Assembly: GCA_963840855.1 (NCBI GenBank)
Contig: CAWJBB010000015.1
Span: 1 to 16,352, forward strand
Direction: 5' to 3'
Source of the DNA: an uncultured delta proteobacterium
GTDB taxonomy: Bacteria > Desulfobacterota > Binatia > UBA9968
Length of the DNA: 16,352 nt
The translations under genes were made by a program, and so were the position numbers. Numbering within the stretch: the stretch's first letter is position 1; each line of letters begins with the position of its first letter. Under the pieces are notes generated by a model that was not told the DNA's origin, did no database searches, and saw only the letters and a list, made by a program, of their open reading frames with translations. Below, one piece after another: positions 15,257-16,352 of this stretch.

Positions 15257-16352
15257 ATGCAAAAGACAGAAACTCAACTGTCGGGACGCTTTGCCCTGAT
15301 TGCCCTCATGTTCGTTGTCTCGTTGCTGCTTCAGGCAACACCCGCCTTTGCTGCGGGGCCAGATTCGCGCCCGCGGGCTGCTGTCGTCGCGGCGCCACAG
15401 GAAACAGAAAAACAGCGAGAGGCGCGATTGATTGAAGGGGCCAAGAAAGAGGGCAAGGTAATTTATTGGGATGCCAGTACGGCCAAGGAGTGGGAGCCTG
15501 TTTTTAACAAGTTCCGCCAGAAATACCCGTTCCTTGTTGTCGAACATTGGAGAGGGGGCGACGAGCAAATCCATCAAAAAATGACTGCAGAGGCCAGAGC
15601 AGGACTCCATAATGTTGATTTTGCGAGCACCGAGATCAATCTCATAGCAGACCTAAAGAAGATTGGACTGATGAAGAAATACCATTGGCCAAACACCGCG
15701 GAATGGCCTCCTCAATATAAGGACCGTGACGGATATTGGATTGCTAGCAATATCAATTGCGCGGTGGTTGCCTACAATACCAATTTGGTTTCGCCTGCGG
15801 AAGCTCCGAAAAATTGGGATGATCTTTTGAATCCGAAATGGAAAGGCTCGATATCGATGGAGCCGGATGGGGGCGAGTGGGTGCTCATGCTGTGGGCCGC
15901 GTGGGGTAAGGACAAGACTGTGAACTATCTGAAGGCCCTTTCAAAAAACAATATCGTTTTTGGCGCAGGATCGACGGCGCGCACCGAAATGCTCGCGGCC
16001 GGTGCATTCAAGATTGACTTGCGCCTCAACCTCCATCGCATCCCGGAGTTCCAAAAGAAAGGCGCGCCGATAGAATGGGTAAGAACCGATCCTATTTTAG
16101 CAAGGGCCACGCCAAGATTCATTGCAGAGCGCGCTCCGCATCCCAATGCCGCCATACTTTTTGCTGATTTCTTTACCTCGTTCGAGGGACAACAGGCATA
16201 CAACGATGCCTCCGGACGACTCATGCCGGATCCCAGAGTCAAGAGCAAATTGGCTGAAGCTCTGAAAGGGCATAGGGTAATACTGTTCCCGATCGAATTG
16301 GCAGGGCAAGGCAATGAAGCCGACCGGATATTCCGCGATATTTTCTTGAAAT
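15257..16352 (+). CDS. ABC transporter substrate-binding protein (same family as 11480-12497); stop codon probably begins at the window edge
   Basis: Not in the ORF track. Manual translation: MQKTETQLSGRFALIALMFVVSLLLQATPAFA|AG...GAKKEGKVIYW...YNTNLV...WDDLLNPKWKG...GAPIEWV...APHPNAAILFADF...RIFRDIFLK, open for 365 codons. Confidence 0.9.
   Translation, partial: MQKTETQLSGRFALIALMFVVSLLLQATPAFAAGPDSRPRAAVVAAPQETEKQREARLIEGAKKEGKVIYWDASTAKEWEPVFNKFRQKYPFLVVEHWRGGDEQIHQKMTAEARAGLHNVDFASTEINLIADLKKIGLMKKYHWPNTAEWPPQYKDRDGYWIASNINCAVVAYNTNLVSPAEAPKNWDDLLNPKWKGSISMEPDGGEWVLMLWAAWGKDKTVNYLKALSKNNIVFGAGSTARTEMLAAGAFKIDLRLNLHRIPEFQKKGAPIEWVRTDPILARATPRFIAERAPHPNAAILFADFFTSFEGQQAYNDASGRLMPDPRVKSKLAEALKGHRVILFPIELAGQGNEADRIFRDIFLK

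Noticed and set aside
43-16314. Numerous antisense or overlapping ORFs in the track (e.g. 2948-3949, 12557-13333, 15230-15610, 15925-16314)
   Set aside because: They are shadows of well-supported genes on the opposite strand or frame in GC-rich DNA and carry no family motifs.

Overview
Gene-dense bacterial window, almost entirely on the + strand, forming a mosaic of catabolic and transport genes. The gene mix (amidohydrolase-2, Asp-box protein, maleate-isomerase-like protein, paralogous Fe3+/thiamine-type ABC binding proteins) resembles uncultured soil Candidatus Binatota, but that is an unverified impression. In order: Asp-box/BNR beta-propeller; a GC-richer block (SMP-30/gluconolactonase, SDR, acyl-CoA ligase); RHH antitoxin plus PemK/MazF toxin; DinB-family protein; beta-carbonic anhydrase; amidohydrolase; a scar zone (signal-peptide-only ORF, the single minus-strand gene encoding a CX5R phosphatase, a frameshifted and truncated alpha/beta hydrolase); then a maleate-isomerase/racemase-fold protein, a DRE-TIM (HCS/LeuA-like) enzyme, a frameshifted ABC binding protein, a dienelactone hydrolase, an ABC permease and a second binding protein running to the window edge (absent from the ORF track). 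Two observations stand out. (1) A family of intergenic T(T/G)GAAC-core 7-mer/9-mer tandem repeats, one copy an inverted pair, sits at module boundaries. (2) Several intact enzymes lack their family's canonical catalytic residues (Cys-less isomerase fold, DRE-TIM without the Glu/His dyad, DinB without His ligands). No CRISPR array, rRNA, tRNA, transposase or integrase was recognised. All alignments were done by eye.
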